A program made the translations under genes and the position numbers. A model generated the notes under the pieces. The model saw only the letters and a program-made list of their open reading frames with translations. It ran no database searches and was not told the origin of the DNA. Below, piece after piece: positions 12,595 to 24,438 of a DNA stretch of 64,000 nt. Source of the stretch: Hemiscyllium ocellatum (Eukaryota); contig NC_083425.1 in the NCBI RefSeq assembly GCF_020745735.1, positions 33,033,575-33,097,574 on the forward strand, read 5' to 3'. Position 1 is the first letter of the stretch. Each line of letters begins with the position of its first letter.

Positions 12595-15500
12595 CTGGTT
12601 AAAGAGGAAAAAAGACTTTTAAAAATTGTGAGACAAATGTCACATAGCTAAGCCTATCTCAAAGTTATTGTGCCCTTGTGTTTTTCACAGAGGGGGTAAT
12701 TGGCCACACTCTGACTAGGCTGGGTTTGAAAGGTTTTGTTGGGGCCTTTTTTGTTTACCTCTAATAGATAATGAGCCTAAGGCTTTCATGTCTTTAAAAA
12801 ATGGTATAATCAGTTAAAAATCACACAACACCAGGTTATAGTCCAACAGGTTTATTTGGAAGCATTAGCTTTCGGAATGCTGCTCCTTCATCAGGTGGTT
12901 GTGGAGTATAAGATCGTAAGACACAGAATTTATAACAGAAGTTTACAGTGTGATGTAACTGAATTAATATATTAAAAAAGACCTGGATTGTTTGTTAAGT
13001 CTCTCATCTTTTAGAATGAACATGTTGGTGTCAGTTCTTTCATACGTAAATCACAGAACTTTTTTAAAGTTACATTCCCGAGTGAACTTTAACAGTTGGT
13101 GTCATGTCGGCCCAGATAATGCATTGAAGGTGTGAGGTGCCCTGTGTGAGACTGTCTGTGCTACAATGTTCAGACTGGTTCCAATCTAAAAAACAGATTT
13201 ACAGAATCTTACAAGGACTTATCTGAGCCGACATGACGCCAAGTGTTAAATTTCACTTGAGAATGTTTCTTGAAAAATGTTCTGCAATTCACAAATGAAA
13301 GGATTGAAACCAACATGTTCATTCTAAAAGATGAGAGACTTAACAAACAATCCTGGTCATTTTCAATACATAATTTCAGTTACACCACACTGTAAAATTT
13401 TGCTATAAATTCTGTATCTTACAATCTTATACTCCACAACCACGTGATGAAGGAGTAGCGCTCCGAAAGCTAATGCTTCCAAATAAACCTGTTGGATTAA
13501 TACCTGGTGTCATGTAATTTTTAACTTTGTACATCCCAATTCAACACTGGCATCTCCAAATCACGGTATAATCAAGGGTATGTGGCCAGCTCTCTAGCTG
13601 CGCAGGTCAGTACAGTTCTGGAGTTAGTTGAGTCAGGGTCACAGTTGAAGCTGGAAGTTCTCTCCCTTCTCCTGCCCCTTCTGACTTTGTAACCTGTACG
13701 TCTTTTGTGTCATTTTAACTCTTTGTGCTAAGGGGTCTGTTCACTGGGACTGTTGGAAGTATTTTGGAACAGCATTATTAAGTTGGGATATCTGTCGGGT
13801 GTTTGGATAGGGTAAGTTGTATTTTTGGTTCTTTGTATTTCATTCTGTAACTTTGTAAATAAATTCTCTTTGTTTAAAACTTGGCAGTCAGATCAACTAA
13901 TTCACTCTGGGAACATCCCTGGATACTTACCTGAAACAGATAGCAAAGTTATGGTCTAGGCTACCTGCTTGAAAATGTTTTGAGGGGTCAGGCCTGGTCC
14001 ATGACACAAAGCTTTCAAAAACATGCAGATACTTGAAATTACACTTACCATCGGGATTTCAAATTCTCTTCTAATTTCTGAAATTAAAGCAATACAACAA
14101 TGAATTCAGTGTTTCTGGCATCTAACAGTTGATTTTAATTCACACATTCTTCTGCTAAATGTTGCAGTTTATTCATTCTTATAGCTCCAAACTCAATCTT
14201 GGAAAAGGCAGTAATCTCTGGATGATCATGACAATATTGACAGATGTAAAAGCATCACATTTACTGAACTCAATTCAGATCGTTTGTCCTGCTCCTTTGT
14301 CAAAGGGCAAAAATACTTTTGTAACCAAATTGACACAGAATAGTTGCAATCAGCCAACCTCTAAGATTTCAGTTTTCTAACTTAACTAGAAGTCTTTGGT
14401 AATTTCATGATTAAATTACCAAATTGCTAATGTTTGGACCGGTTATTCAGAAGTTCAAATAACCAAACACAGTGTGAGAATTTGATTTGACATTTTCTTG
14501 AAGGGCCTAGTATCAGCACACGTAATGAATAGGCTTCGATCATTTGAGAACATTTCACTAAATGCCTAACTTAAAAACTAATGTATTGTTGGAGAGGAAA
14601 GTTGCAGCCCTTTATAAGTATAATGCAAATAGCACACCAATTAGTTCACTCTGAATTGACCAGGATAGCTTGTTAAGTTTCTCATCTTTTAGAATGAACA
14701 TGTTGTTTTCAGTTCCTTCATTTGTGAATTGCAGAATTTTTTTAAAGAAACATTCTCAAGTGAACTTTAACACTTGGTGTCATGTCGGCCCAGATAAATC
14801 CACGTAAGATTCTGCAAATCTGTTTTTTAGATTGGAATCAGTCTGATTACAGGTATTAAACAATGATAAGAAGGTTCAGTAGCATCCCATAGTTTTTCAC
14901 TCTGGGAAATAAATGCCAGCTTTACCGGTGGTACACACAACTAAAAAGAAGAAGTGTTTACTTCCTTCTCTATTCTCCTTGCCCTGTCCAAAACGTCATA
15001 AGTTTAATATTTATATCTTGGACCCCCAAAGGATGACTGAGTCACATCTTTTCTGTGATGTTCAATGGAAATGACTGAATAGAATATCTTCACAGCAGTT
15101 CAGTCTGACTCACCAAAACATTTCTATCTCCTTTATGTGGGAGCTCAGGACAAGTTTTTAATTTATCCATCTTTTGTTTAAGCAAGGGTTGTAATTAATT
15201 AGGAAACATTCATAACTTGAGATACCTCAACATTTCTTTCTAGCAAACTATTCAGCAAATGCTTCTCCATCAGTAATTTAAAGATATTTGTTTTCCAATA
15301 TTTCAACTAAGGGATATGTAAGAAACACTGCATTAATGAGGAGGTCAGAGTGAGAGACTGAATCTGGAGTGATTCAGAATGTTTGAGATTCTGTCAATTA
15401 TTTTTATTGAATCTTGGAAATTGTATATTTGATATATAATTAAGTTAAACTGCATTGGATTCTGGATTATGAGCATATTCAAAATAAGGATAATATCAAA

Positions 15501-17710
15501 TGTTTCAAAACGTAAGACAATGTCACAATTTGTGTGATTAGCATAATTATGTAATAACCATAATGATCAAAATACCTGGATGTGATCTTCTTCTAAATTG
15601 TGGAAGAGCAGAAATTACTAATACACCATAAAAAAGGGTGATAATCAGAAAGGCTGTTATGAGCACGTTTTTATTTTTCTCTTCAATATTACTATCAGGA
15701 TTCGAGCGTTGATGAAAGACTGAAACAGACAATGTGGGTGAAAAATATAGAATTAACAGCAGAACTAAAACATGACTAAAAATTGAAGCATTTCACTTCG
15801 TACTCATTAGATCTAGAATGCAATAATCAGATTTATAAAACGAGACCCCATTTTATGCAGAGTGAGAAGAGGGTGCTTATCGTTTGGGCCTGGAGCTGCA
15901 GCATGAGCAGTTAACTGTCAATCTTAATTCTCAGACCGGCCACATAGCTTCTGTTTGGTCTGGGAATATCTGTACTGAACTATGACTTTATTCATTAACA
16001 ATAGCAAAGTTGACTCTTGCAATATTGTTCACATATTAAGAACAAATTAGATATATTAGTTCTTTAAACATCGACTTTCCAAAATTCTTTCACGAGTGAA
16101 TGTTGCGAACTTACATGGAAGGTTTTTCTGCACCACATATTGACCCTCTTCCATGCTCCACACAGCACAAATGTAAACACATTCTGGAATATCTATTTTC
16201 TCTGTGATTTGAAATGTGCTCGTGATCTTGTACAGTTCCTCTGCTGATTTTACACTGCGAGTAATAACCTTGGATGTGAGGTTCTTCATTCCATTCAACA
16301 ACCAGTGAATCTGAGCCAGAGGATATCCAATTGCTTCACAGGTGACATTTACCATTCTCGTTGATATCATGTTTGGGAATATGGTCACGTTGTATGGAGC
16401 TAAAAGGGATGATTACAATATTATTAGTGGAATGAGACTAGCTTCATAATTTGTGTTTTCTTTGAGGTGGGACTTTCCATGGACTGGAATAAGGAAGACA
16501 AAATGGTAGCATGCATGTACAGCAAGCAACTAGAATGTCAAAGGGCATTCTGGCCTTTATTGCAAGGGGATTAAAGTACCAGAATAAAGAAGTCTTGCTA
16601 CAGTTAGACAGGTGTTTGGTGCAACCACATCAAGAATCCAAATGCAGTTTTAGCCTCCACATTGAAGGAAAGACAGACTTGCACTGGTCACAGTATAGTG
16701 AAAGTTCACAACATTCAGTTATGGAATGAGATGGTTTTCATATGCTGAAAGATTGAGTGCTTTGAGTTTATATTCTCTGGGGTTTAAAAGAGTGAGAGGT
16801 GATCTCTCTGAAACATGTAAGATTCTGAAAGGGCCTTACAGGATAGCTACAGAGAAATTGATTCTGCCAGTCAGGGAATTTAAATCACAAAGGCACACTC
16901 TCAGGTAAACTGAATTAGGATTATAATTTTTCACTCACAGGTATGTAAACTTTTGTAAACCTTCCTCATCCCAGAGGGTTATGGATGCAGCATTATTGAA
17001 TACATTTAAGACTGACAGATTTTTTTTTGGGCTTAGAGCAGGAAAATGGAGCTGCAGCCCAAGATCAAACATGATCAGACTAAATGGGAGAGCATGCTTG
17101 ATGGACCATATGCTCTAATCATGCCCCTATTTCTCTTTTAAGGATGAGAACAAAACCAGAAATTGTTACCAACTACTTGCAACCAACATTCTACAATTAG
17201 AAATATCAGAAACAGAATAATCACTCACCTTTAACCTGCAATGTAATCACACTAGTGTCATGACCAACATTTGATTCCAAATGATATTGGTATGTCCCAA
17301 TATCTGACAACTGTGTGTTCTGGATTACCAGTGATACATCTTGAGATTCTGGGTGAAGTAATTTAATCCGACCCTGAATTCCATTGACACTTTTCTTGGA
17401 GGTAAACACTTCTATAATTCTATCTTCTCCCATTTTAACTAGTTCGATATGCGTCAGAGTCATATTTGATGCTGAATTGAATGTGCATGGTAGTTTAGTG
17501 TCTTTACTAAATATTCCTGTCACCGATGACTCACAATTTAATTTCAAGAAACCTGAAAAACAGCAATTTTCATTAACTCACATCAGTGCATTGAGAATGA
17601 GTGTTCAATGGAGCCAAATATTGAGGAGCACTCCAAGACTTACATTGTGCAAATGATGGAAAAGTGAATAAGATGACAGGAAAAATACTTATCATATAAT
17701 ACGAAACCAT
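12562..17710 (-). CDS. B7-family type I membrane protein, copy 1 (PD-L1/PD-L2-like; signal-IgV-IgC-TM-tail; 293 aa)
   Basis: Six coding exons join in frame with GT-AG sites: 17710-17644, 17552-17229, 16399-16115, 15719-15576, 14077-14049, 12594-12562 (882 nt). The V/C junction VK-APY and CEAIGYPLAQIHW resemble PD-L1 CQAEGYPKAEVIW and PD-L2 CQATGYPLAEVSW. Orthology not tested. Confidence 0.85.
12638..14006. mobile_element. Solo LTR in the last intron of copy 1
   Basis: Termini tgtca...tgaca with 4-bp TSD caaa at 12634-12637 and 14007-14010; internal aataaa; absent from the very short equivalent intron of copy 2. Confidence 0.72.
12813..13564. mobile_element. Fold-back PLE family B element nested in the solo LTR
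   Basis: About 300-bp inverted arms (approx. 12813-13116 and 13218-13530); 10-bp TSD ggtataatca at 12803-12812 and 13565-13574; hammerhead motifs at 12866-12894 (-, core intact) and 13444-13472 (+, C3 mutated to G). Confidence 0.8.
14049..14077 (-). CDS. Copy 1 cytoplasmic mini-exon, 29 nt (EIRREFEIPM)
   Basis: tttcag/AAATTAGAAGAGAATTTGAAATCCCGATG/gtaagt; same length and splice sites as copy 2. Confidence 0.8.
14668..14848. mobile_element. PLE family B internal fragment
   Basis: Reverse complement of about 13170-13345; absent from the homologous copy 2 intron near 42090-42140. Confidence 0.7.
15576..15719 (-). CDS. Copy 1 stalk/transmembrane exon
   Basis: FHQRSNPDSNIEEKNKN-VLITAFLIITLFYGVLVISAL-PQFRRRSHP; gtttcag acceptor, CAG/gtattt donor; 144 nt, phase 1-1. 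Confidence 0.85.
16115..16399 (-). CDS. Copy 1 IgC exon
   Basis: APYNVTIF..VNVTCEAIGYPLAQIHW..YKITSTFQI..ECVYICAVW; ttttag acceptor, gtaagt donor; 285 nt. Confidence 0.9.
16490..17130 (+). mobile_element. Old CR1 3' fragment in the IgV-IgC intron, shared with copy 2 (about 44300-44990)
   Basis: Degraded RVRGDLSETCKIL-type remnants at homologous positions in both copies, so it predates the duplication. Confidence 0.7.
17229..17552 (-). CDS. Copy 1 IgV exon (non-canonical)
   Basis: FLKLNCESSVTG..LPCTF..IELVK..QGRIKLL..SLVIQNTQLSDIGTYQYHL..ITLQVK; tttttcag acceptor, AAG/gtgagt donor; 324 nt. Confidence 0.9.
17644..17710 (-). CDS. Copy 1 signal-peptide exon (MVSYYMISIFPVILFTFPSFAQ)
   Basis: ATG at 17710; exon starts at 17727 after aaatag; gtaagt donor; conserved with copy 2. 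Confidence 0.85.
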
Positions 17711-19097
17711 TTCCAGACCCAGTTCACCTATTTGGGAATAATACAGAAAACATATTAAGTTTCACCAATTTTATCAAACCTGGTTTCACTTTTTTATGGA
17801 TCAAACATTTATCATCAATAAAATATTGCTCTAAAAAGAATCTGTCAGGTATATTTCCACTGCTAGATATGATTTGAATGCTTGTAATTATTACATGTTA
17901 GTGTAAAACATACACACATTTTGTGGTGGATGGCTACCATTCTCACAGTGAGGATTCTGGGATGTATGTCCAACAAAGGACACTGCAATAATACTAAGGC
18001 TGCAATCTTGACAGGCTGGGCTGTGTTTGACTGGATTGCAAATCTTCACATGTGCTGAGTGACATTTTAAGTCCACAGTGGGTGTCTTGTTTCCAGGACC
18101 AACTCCCACTCCTTTAGTAGCCCCTGTTTAACAGATTTGGCCTTAGATTGGGCAGGGTCTTGACAAGGCTGCAGCAGTGACTCAGAGCCTGGGGTTGTTC
18201 TATTCTGGACCTGAGGATGGTCTGATCCTGGATTGGATATCCTGCCTCCATATCCTGTGCTGGGATGTCCAAATCCAAATAACCATCAATCATTGTGCAA
18301 GCCCTGACATGTAGACTCCAAATTTGATGATTCCCACAGCTGTTGCTGTAGTATCAGTGAAGAATAAATGAAAACCCTGAGTCCATCACAACTGAACTGA
18401 TATTGCAATTCTGGGGAAATCAACTCCAGACTGCCCTGCTCTTTCTATTACTCATTAACTTTCAAAATTAAAAAAAATGAGGAATCAGGAAGGCCAAAGC
18501 ATTTGCAATTTAATTTTGAATTGAATGGTGTTTGAATAGTTCCAGGCAGTTATATCGGCTGCTGGAGGTTAATGTTTGAGATTTTAATTTGGAGATGTCT
18601 CCAGTGTCAGGGTGATGGGCACAGTCAGTGATGGAGGTTTGGGTTTTGCAAACTCCATCTGTAAGAAATGACCTCATCCTGCAGAGTCAAGTCAGTTTCT
18701 GGAGGTATGAAGTATTATGCCAGACTCTGTGTATCTCTCTCCAGATGCTGCCAGATCTCCTGAGTTTCTCTCACATTCTCAGTGTTTGGTTTTGGGGTTT
18801 GGTGCATACCTAAAAGCAGAGAGAGCTCACCACTACACAGAGAGAGAAGAAACTGTGTCACGAATCTATTAGCCTCTCCACTATAAAGTATTCATTCAAA
18901 TTTTGAAGGCATTTTGAAACATGAAAGACAGCATACCTGATGGGAAACACTGGGCATAGTTTAAAAGCAGCAGCACAGTGAAACCAAAGGCACAGAGCAT
19001 CAGAGAGACATCGTATGACTTTGGGAAATACAACAGCAATTTAATACTGAGCCCACAGGAACATCACCTGAAGAGACCTCAGGATTCAAGCAGAGAC

Positions 19098-19411
19098 ATG
19101 GTGGCATGGTGGCAGAGTCATTAGCACTGCTGCCTTGCAGCACCAGAGACCCAGGTTCAATTCCAGCCTCAGGTGACTCTCTGTTTGGAGTTTGCACATT
19201 CTCCCCGTGTCTGCATAGATTTCCTCTGGGTGCTCTGGTTTCCTCCCACAATCCAAACATGTGCAGGTTAGGTGAATTGGCCATGCTAAATTGCCTGTAG
19301 TGTGAGATGAAGGGGTAAATGTAGGGGAATGGGTGTGGGTGGGTTGTCCTTCGGCGGGCCAGTGTGGACTTGTTGGGCCGAAGGGCCTGTTTCCACACTG
19401 TAAGTAATCTA
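19098..19411 (+). mobile_element. HE1-type V-SINE
   Basis: Same family as 1769-2085, opposite orientation, taagtaatcta tail. Confidence 0.85.
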
Positions 19412-19619
19412 AGAGGAAGTAGCAAAGTTGGTGAGTACGCCTGGGTTAATAATATAATCATATTCATAATATTTTTATCCCTTATTGTTTGTATGATCTT
19501 TAGGTTCTTTATTTTGGTCTTATCATTTTAAAGGGCAATAATGTGCAGGTTCAGATAAAAAAAAGCACCTCTGCCTATATAATATTATTTGATTTCAGGG
19601 CAAGCTGAGGGTCTCATTG

Positions 19620-21320
19620 AAAGGAGTGTGTCAGAGCAGCAGTGCTCATGATTGTGATGTGTTCCTCCTGCTCTGTGAGAAGGCGGGCACAGTTTGATGT
19701 GGGCAGCAAGTATTTTCATCTGTAGCTCCTGGAAGCCTGGGTTTCAGGCCTTCAGCAGCAGCTGGGAATACTGTGGTACTGATGCCAGGCTGAGAGTGTC
19801 ATGGAGACCATGTATAGACAGCTGGTTATGCTGCAGGCCCAGATCTACATCAAGGGAGGGAATGGGTGGTCACCAGACAGAGCAATAGGCAGGCAGTGCA
19901 GGAAGCCCCTATGCTATTCCCCTGCCAAACAAACATGCCAGTTTGGATACTGTTGAGGTTATGGTCTCCCAGAGCAAAGTCGCAGCAGCAAAACTTATTG
20001 CACCACTGTTGGCTCTGCTGCATGGGAAAGGGGGAGGAAGTGTGGGAAGGCTATAAAGAGTTCAGTTCTAAGGCGAACAGATAGATGTTTCGGTGGCCAC
20101 TAGCAAAATTTCAAATGATATGTTACATCATCCTGGCTGCTGGGGTCAAGAACATCTTGGAGTGGCTACAGGTCATTCCGGTGGGAGGCTGAACAGACAG
20201 TGGTCGCACTGGTACCAATAACCTAGGTCCTAAAATCAGAACGCAGGATTTATAAAGCAAGTTAAAAAGTAGGAAATCAAAGTAGTGAAATCAGGATTGC
20301 TCTCAGTACCATGTGCTCATCAGGATAGAAATAGCAGGATATATCAGATAAATATGTAGCTGGAGAGATGGTGCAAAGGGGAGATGGCTTGGATATTGGG
20401 ATTGATTCTGGGGAAGGTGGAACTGGGATGCACTTGAGCAAGATTGGAACTGACTCCAAGGGGAGTATTTTTGAGTGCAGTTGAGGAAGAGTTTAAACTA
20501 AAATAGCAGGGAAATGGGAACCTATGCATGGAGTCAGGCAAAGACTAAAAACATAATGGAAAATAAGAAAATTGATCGCAGAGAATTCAAGCTGCAGTGT
20601 TAAATAATGTGAATACAACTAAAAATATTATGAAGACAAGGTTTGAGGCCTTGTGCCCTAATGCTTGAAGCATTTGCCATAAAGTGCATAAATCAATTGT
20701 GCAAATAGACATAAATGGTTATGATTTAATTGGGATTACATTGATATGGCTGCAGGGTGACCAATAAGGAAAACTGAACATCCAGGGGTATTTCAATTTT
20801 AGGAAGGACAAAGAGAAAAAGAAGGTGGGGTAGCATTGCTAGTTAACAAGTGAATAACAAAATAGTGAGGAAGGATATTAGCTCTGTTAAATTGGTACAA
20901 TTAACAATAAAGGTATGGCTGTAATAATGAGCAACTTTACATATAGATTAGGTAAATCAAATCAGTAACAATGCAATAGAGGAGAATATGGAACACTGAG
21001 CGAGATTGTTTGTTGAGGAACCAACTAGGGGATAGACCATTCTATGTTGGGTGCTGTGTAATGAGAAGGGACTAATTGGTATTCCTGCTACATGTGAGGT
21101 CCCTTAAGGAAGAGTGACCATAATATAATAGAATTCTCCATTAAGGTGGGGAGTGACACAATTGATTCTGAGATCCAGGCCCTGAATGTCCACAGGGGAA
21201 AGTATAATTGTATGATGTACAAGTTGTCATGGGTAAATTGGGGTAAACAACTGAGAGGGATGACAGTGGAAAGGCAATGGCAAACATTTAAAGAGTGTGT
21301 GGATGAACTGCAACTGTGAT
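19620..21320 (+). mobile_element. Highly degraded CR1 (ORF1 esterase and APE endonuclease region)
   Basis: Recognisable similarity to the 5' half of the CR1 copies at 24.4 kb and 55.6 kb, with many stops. Confidence 0.7.
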
Positions 21321-21324
21321 TCAT

Positions 21325-23450
21325 TCCAGTCAAAAAGTGTTGTGCGAGAAAAGCACAGCAAGTCAGGCAGCATTCGAGGAGCAGGAGCGTCGACGTTTCG
21401 GGCATAAGCCCTTCATCGAGAATGTGGGGACAAAAAGGGCTGAGAGATATGTAGGAAGGTGGGGTGGGGCTGGGGGGCGGGGGAAAGTAGCTGGGAAGGT
21501 GATTGTTAAATGCAGGTGAATGGTGATTGTGATAGGTTGGTGGTTAGGGTGGACAGATAGGTGGGAAGGAAGGTGGACAGATAGGACAGTTCAATAATGT
21601 GGTGCTGAGTTGGAAGGTTGAATCTAGAATGAGGTGGGGGGAAATGGAGGAGGGGAGATGTTAGTGTTGATGTCGTATGGTTGGAGGGTCCTAGGTGGAA
21701 GATGAGGCATTCTTCCTCCAGTTGTTGGGTGGATTAGATTTGGCAGTGAAGGAGGCCCAGGACTTGCACATCCTTGGTGGAGTGGGAGGGGGAATTGAAG
21801 TGGTCGGCCACAGAGAGTTGTTTGGTGCATGTGTCTCAGAGATGTTCTCTGAAATGCTCTGCATATTGGCGTTGTGTCCCCTCGATATACAGAAGACCAC
21901 ACTGAGAACACCGGATGCAGTAAATGAGGTGGGTGGATGTGCAGAAAATTTCTGCTGGATGTGGAAGGATCATTTGGGGCCTTGGATGAAGGTGAGGGGG
22001 AGGTGTGGGTGCAGGTTTTACATCTCTTGTGGTGGCAAGCGAAGGTGCTGGGTATGGAGGGTGGGTTGTTGGAAGGTGTGGACCTAACAAGGGAGTTATG
22101 GAGGGAATGGTCTCTGAGGAATGCAGATAGGGATAGGGAAGGAAATATGTCTCTGGAGGTGGGGTCTGATTGTAGGTGGCACAAACGGCGGAGGATAATG
22201 CGCGATATCTGGAAATTAGTCAGGTGGAAGGTGAGAACTGAGGGCAGGGGGGTTCTATCCTTATTGCAGTTGGAGGGGTGGGGGTTCAAGAGCAGAGATG
22301 CGGGGAGTGGAGGAAATGAGGTGGAAGGCACTGCCAATCACGTATGGGGGGATATTGCGGTCCTTGAAACAGGAGGCCTCCTTGGGTGTCCTCGAATGGA
22401 TTTGCTCCTCCAGATACGGTGGAGGTGGAGGAATCGGGAGTAAGGGATCACGTTTTTACAGGAGATGGGGTGGGAGGGGTAGAGTCCAGGTAGCAGTAGG
22501 AGTCGGTGGGTTTGAAATAGATGTCTGTGTTGAGTCAGTCGCTGGAGAAGGAGACGGAGAGGTCCAGGAAGGGGAGGGACGTGTCAGAGATGGTCCAGGT
22601 GAACTTAAGGTCAGGGTGGAAGGTGTTTGTGAAGTTGAGGCGCTTTTCAACTTACTAGTGGGAGCATGAGGTGGCATCAATACAGCCATCAACGAGGTGG
22701 AGAAAGAAGTGGGAGATGATGCTCGTGAAGCTGCAGATGATGAACTGTTCCACATATCTGATGAAAAGGCAGGCAGAGCTGTGGCCCTTGCAGGTGCTAA
22801 AGGCTACTCCTTTGGTCCAAAGGAAGTGGGAGGATCCGAAGGAGAAGTTGCTGAGGTGTGAACCAGTTCTGCCAATCGAATGAGCGTGTTGATGAAGGGG
22901 TACTGGTTGAGTTGTCGGGAGAGGAAGAAACAGAGGGCGTGGAGGCCTTTGCCATAATGGTTGGATGTGTACAGGGACTGGATGTCCATGGTGAAGATGA
23001 AGCATTGGGGGCTGGGGAAACAAATGGCATAGAGGAGGTAAATGGCATGTGGGTGGTATCCCGAATGTATGGTGTCAAGGTATGAGGAGATACGTTCAGT
23101 GAGGCAGGAGCAGGGGGAGACAATGGATCATCTGGGGCTGTCAGGTTTGTGGATTTTGGGTAAGAGGTAGAACCGGGTGCTGCAGGGATCAGGACAATGA
23201 AGTTGGAGGCTGTGGGTGGGAGATCCCCAGAGGTGATGAGGTTGTGGATGGTCTGAGAGATGATGGTTTGGTGATAGGAGGTGAGGTCGTGGTCGAGAGG
23301 GCAGTAGGAGAAGGTGTCCATGAGTTGGTGCCTGGCTTCAGTGGTGTAAGAGGTCAGTGTGCCAAACTATCACTGTGCCCCCCTTGACATCTGGTTTGAT
23401 GGTGAGGTTGAGGTTGGAGCGAAGGGAGTGGAGGGGGGAGTGGAGGGCTA
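21325..23450 (-). mobile_element. Penelope-like element family A, longer copy with RT and GIY-YIG remnants
   Basis: MDIQSLYTS..GLHALCFFL, LPFLDTS-like segment, IYCIRCSQCGLLYIEGTQRQYAEHFREHL; terminal hammerhead at 21392-21420 has a damaged core. Confidence 0.85.
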
Positions 23451-23461
23451 TGCTTTGCAAT

Positions 23462-23865
23462 AGGGACCAGGTTCAAATCTTGCCATGGCCAAAGAAGGAC
23501 TTTCAATTTACTAAAAATCTGGAATGAAGAATCTACTGATGACCATGAAACCATTGATGACTGTCAGAAAAAAAAACAACCTGGCTCACTGATGTCCTTC
23601 AGGGAAATCTGTCATCCTTACCTGGTCTGGCTTACATGTGACTCCAGATACACAGCAATGTGTTTGACTGTCAACTGTCCTCTGAAATGGCTGAGCAAGC
23701 TACTCAGTTGTACCAATTGCTATGAAGTCTCAGCAAAGAGATGACATGGACTGGAGATGTTCAAAATGGCAGCTCACCACCACCTTCTCGAGGGCAACAA
23801 GGGATGGAAAATAAATGCTGGCAGCCAGTGATTCCCACATCTCCAAGCGAATAATAAATAAAAAT
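23462..23865 (+). mobile_element. Deu-domain SINE (SacSINE1/AmnSINE1-like)
   Basis: ctggctcactgatgtccttcagggaaatctgtcatccttacctggtctggcttacatgtgactccaga matches the Deu domain as I recall it; CR1-like 3' tail gcagctcaccaccaccttctc...aataaataaaaa, also seen at 51.3 kb. Confidence 0.7.
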
Positions 23866-24061
23866 GCCTCGGGTGAGGGGATGAGACTATGAAGGAGAGT
23901 CCTTCATAATAACCTCAGCCAGTGTGGGAATGGAACCGTAACATTGGCTTTAACTGCATCACAAATTCACCAACTAGGCAAAGCGAGCAACATTATACCC
24001 ACAGTCCACACACTTTCAACACAGCTCTCAGCAAAAATATTTCCTGAATGTCAGACTGTAC

Positions 24062-24438
24062 CTTTGTCCCAGATAATACGTGGAGTCCAGCACTAAATCA
24101 GGTCAAAGCTGATCACAGAAGAGTCAGCAATTATAATCGGGATTCGACACAGGATCAGCTCAGCTGAGCCCGGGACGTGCTTTAGGATCTGCGGGGAGCG
24201 AGTGCAGCTCAGAGCTCAATCCAGTGCCCAGTCTGGGAAAGATCCCGGCTCCTGGTGTCCAGTGTTAGAGCAAACAAGGAGCCAAAGTCACGTTAAGCCA
24301 TTTTTCTACACACTGCTGTTGTTCAAAAAGAACTGCACAAGCAGCCGGTACTCCCTGTTTCTTTTTCCTTGCCTTTGAATTTTTAGTTTCGATTTACTAT
24401 AACTGAATATTTGTTGTTGACGAGCGGACGAAAATAAA
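24062..24438 (-). promoter_or_regulatory. Candidate promoter/non-coding first exon of copy 1
   Basis: Non-repetitive and locally CpG-rich (about 13 CpG in 300 bp); possible donor AAG/gtacag at 24062; ISRE-like agtttcgattta at 24385-24396. Inference only. Confidence 0.3.

Noticed and set aside
17891-18109. ORF in the highly conserved intron block as an alternative coding exon
   Set aside because: No ATG or good acceptor, and the frame does not appear to be preserved in the copy 2 block.
21624-23321. Cluster of long overlapping ORFs on both strands as novel genes
   Set aside because: All derive from a degraded Penelope element with strong purine/pyrimidine strand bias.
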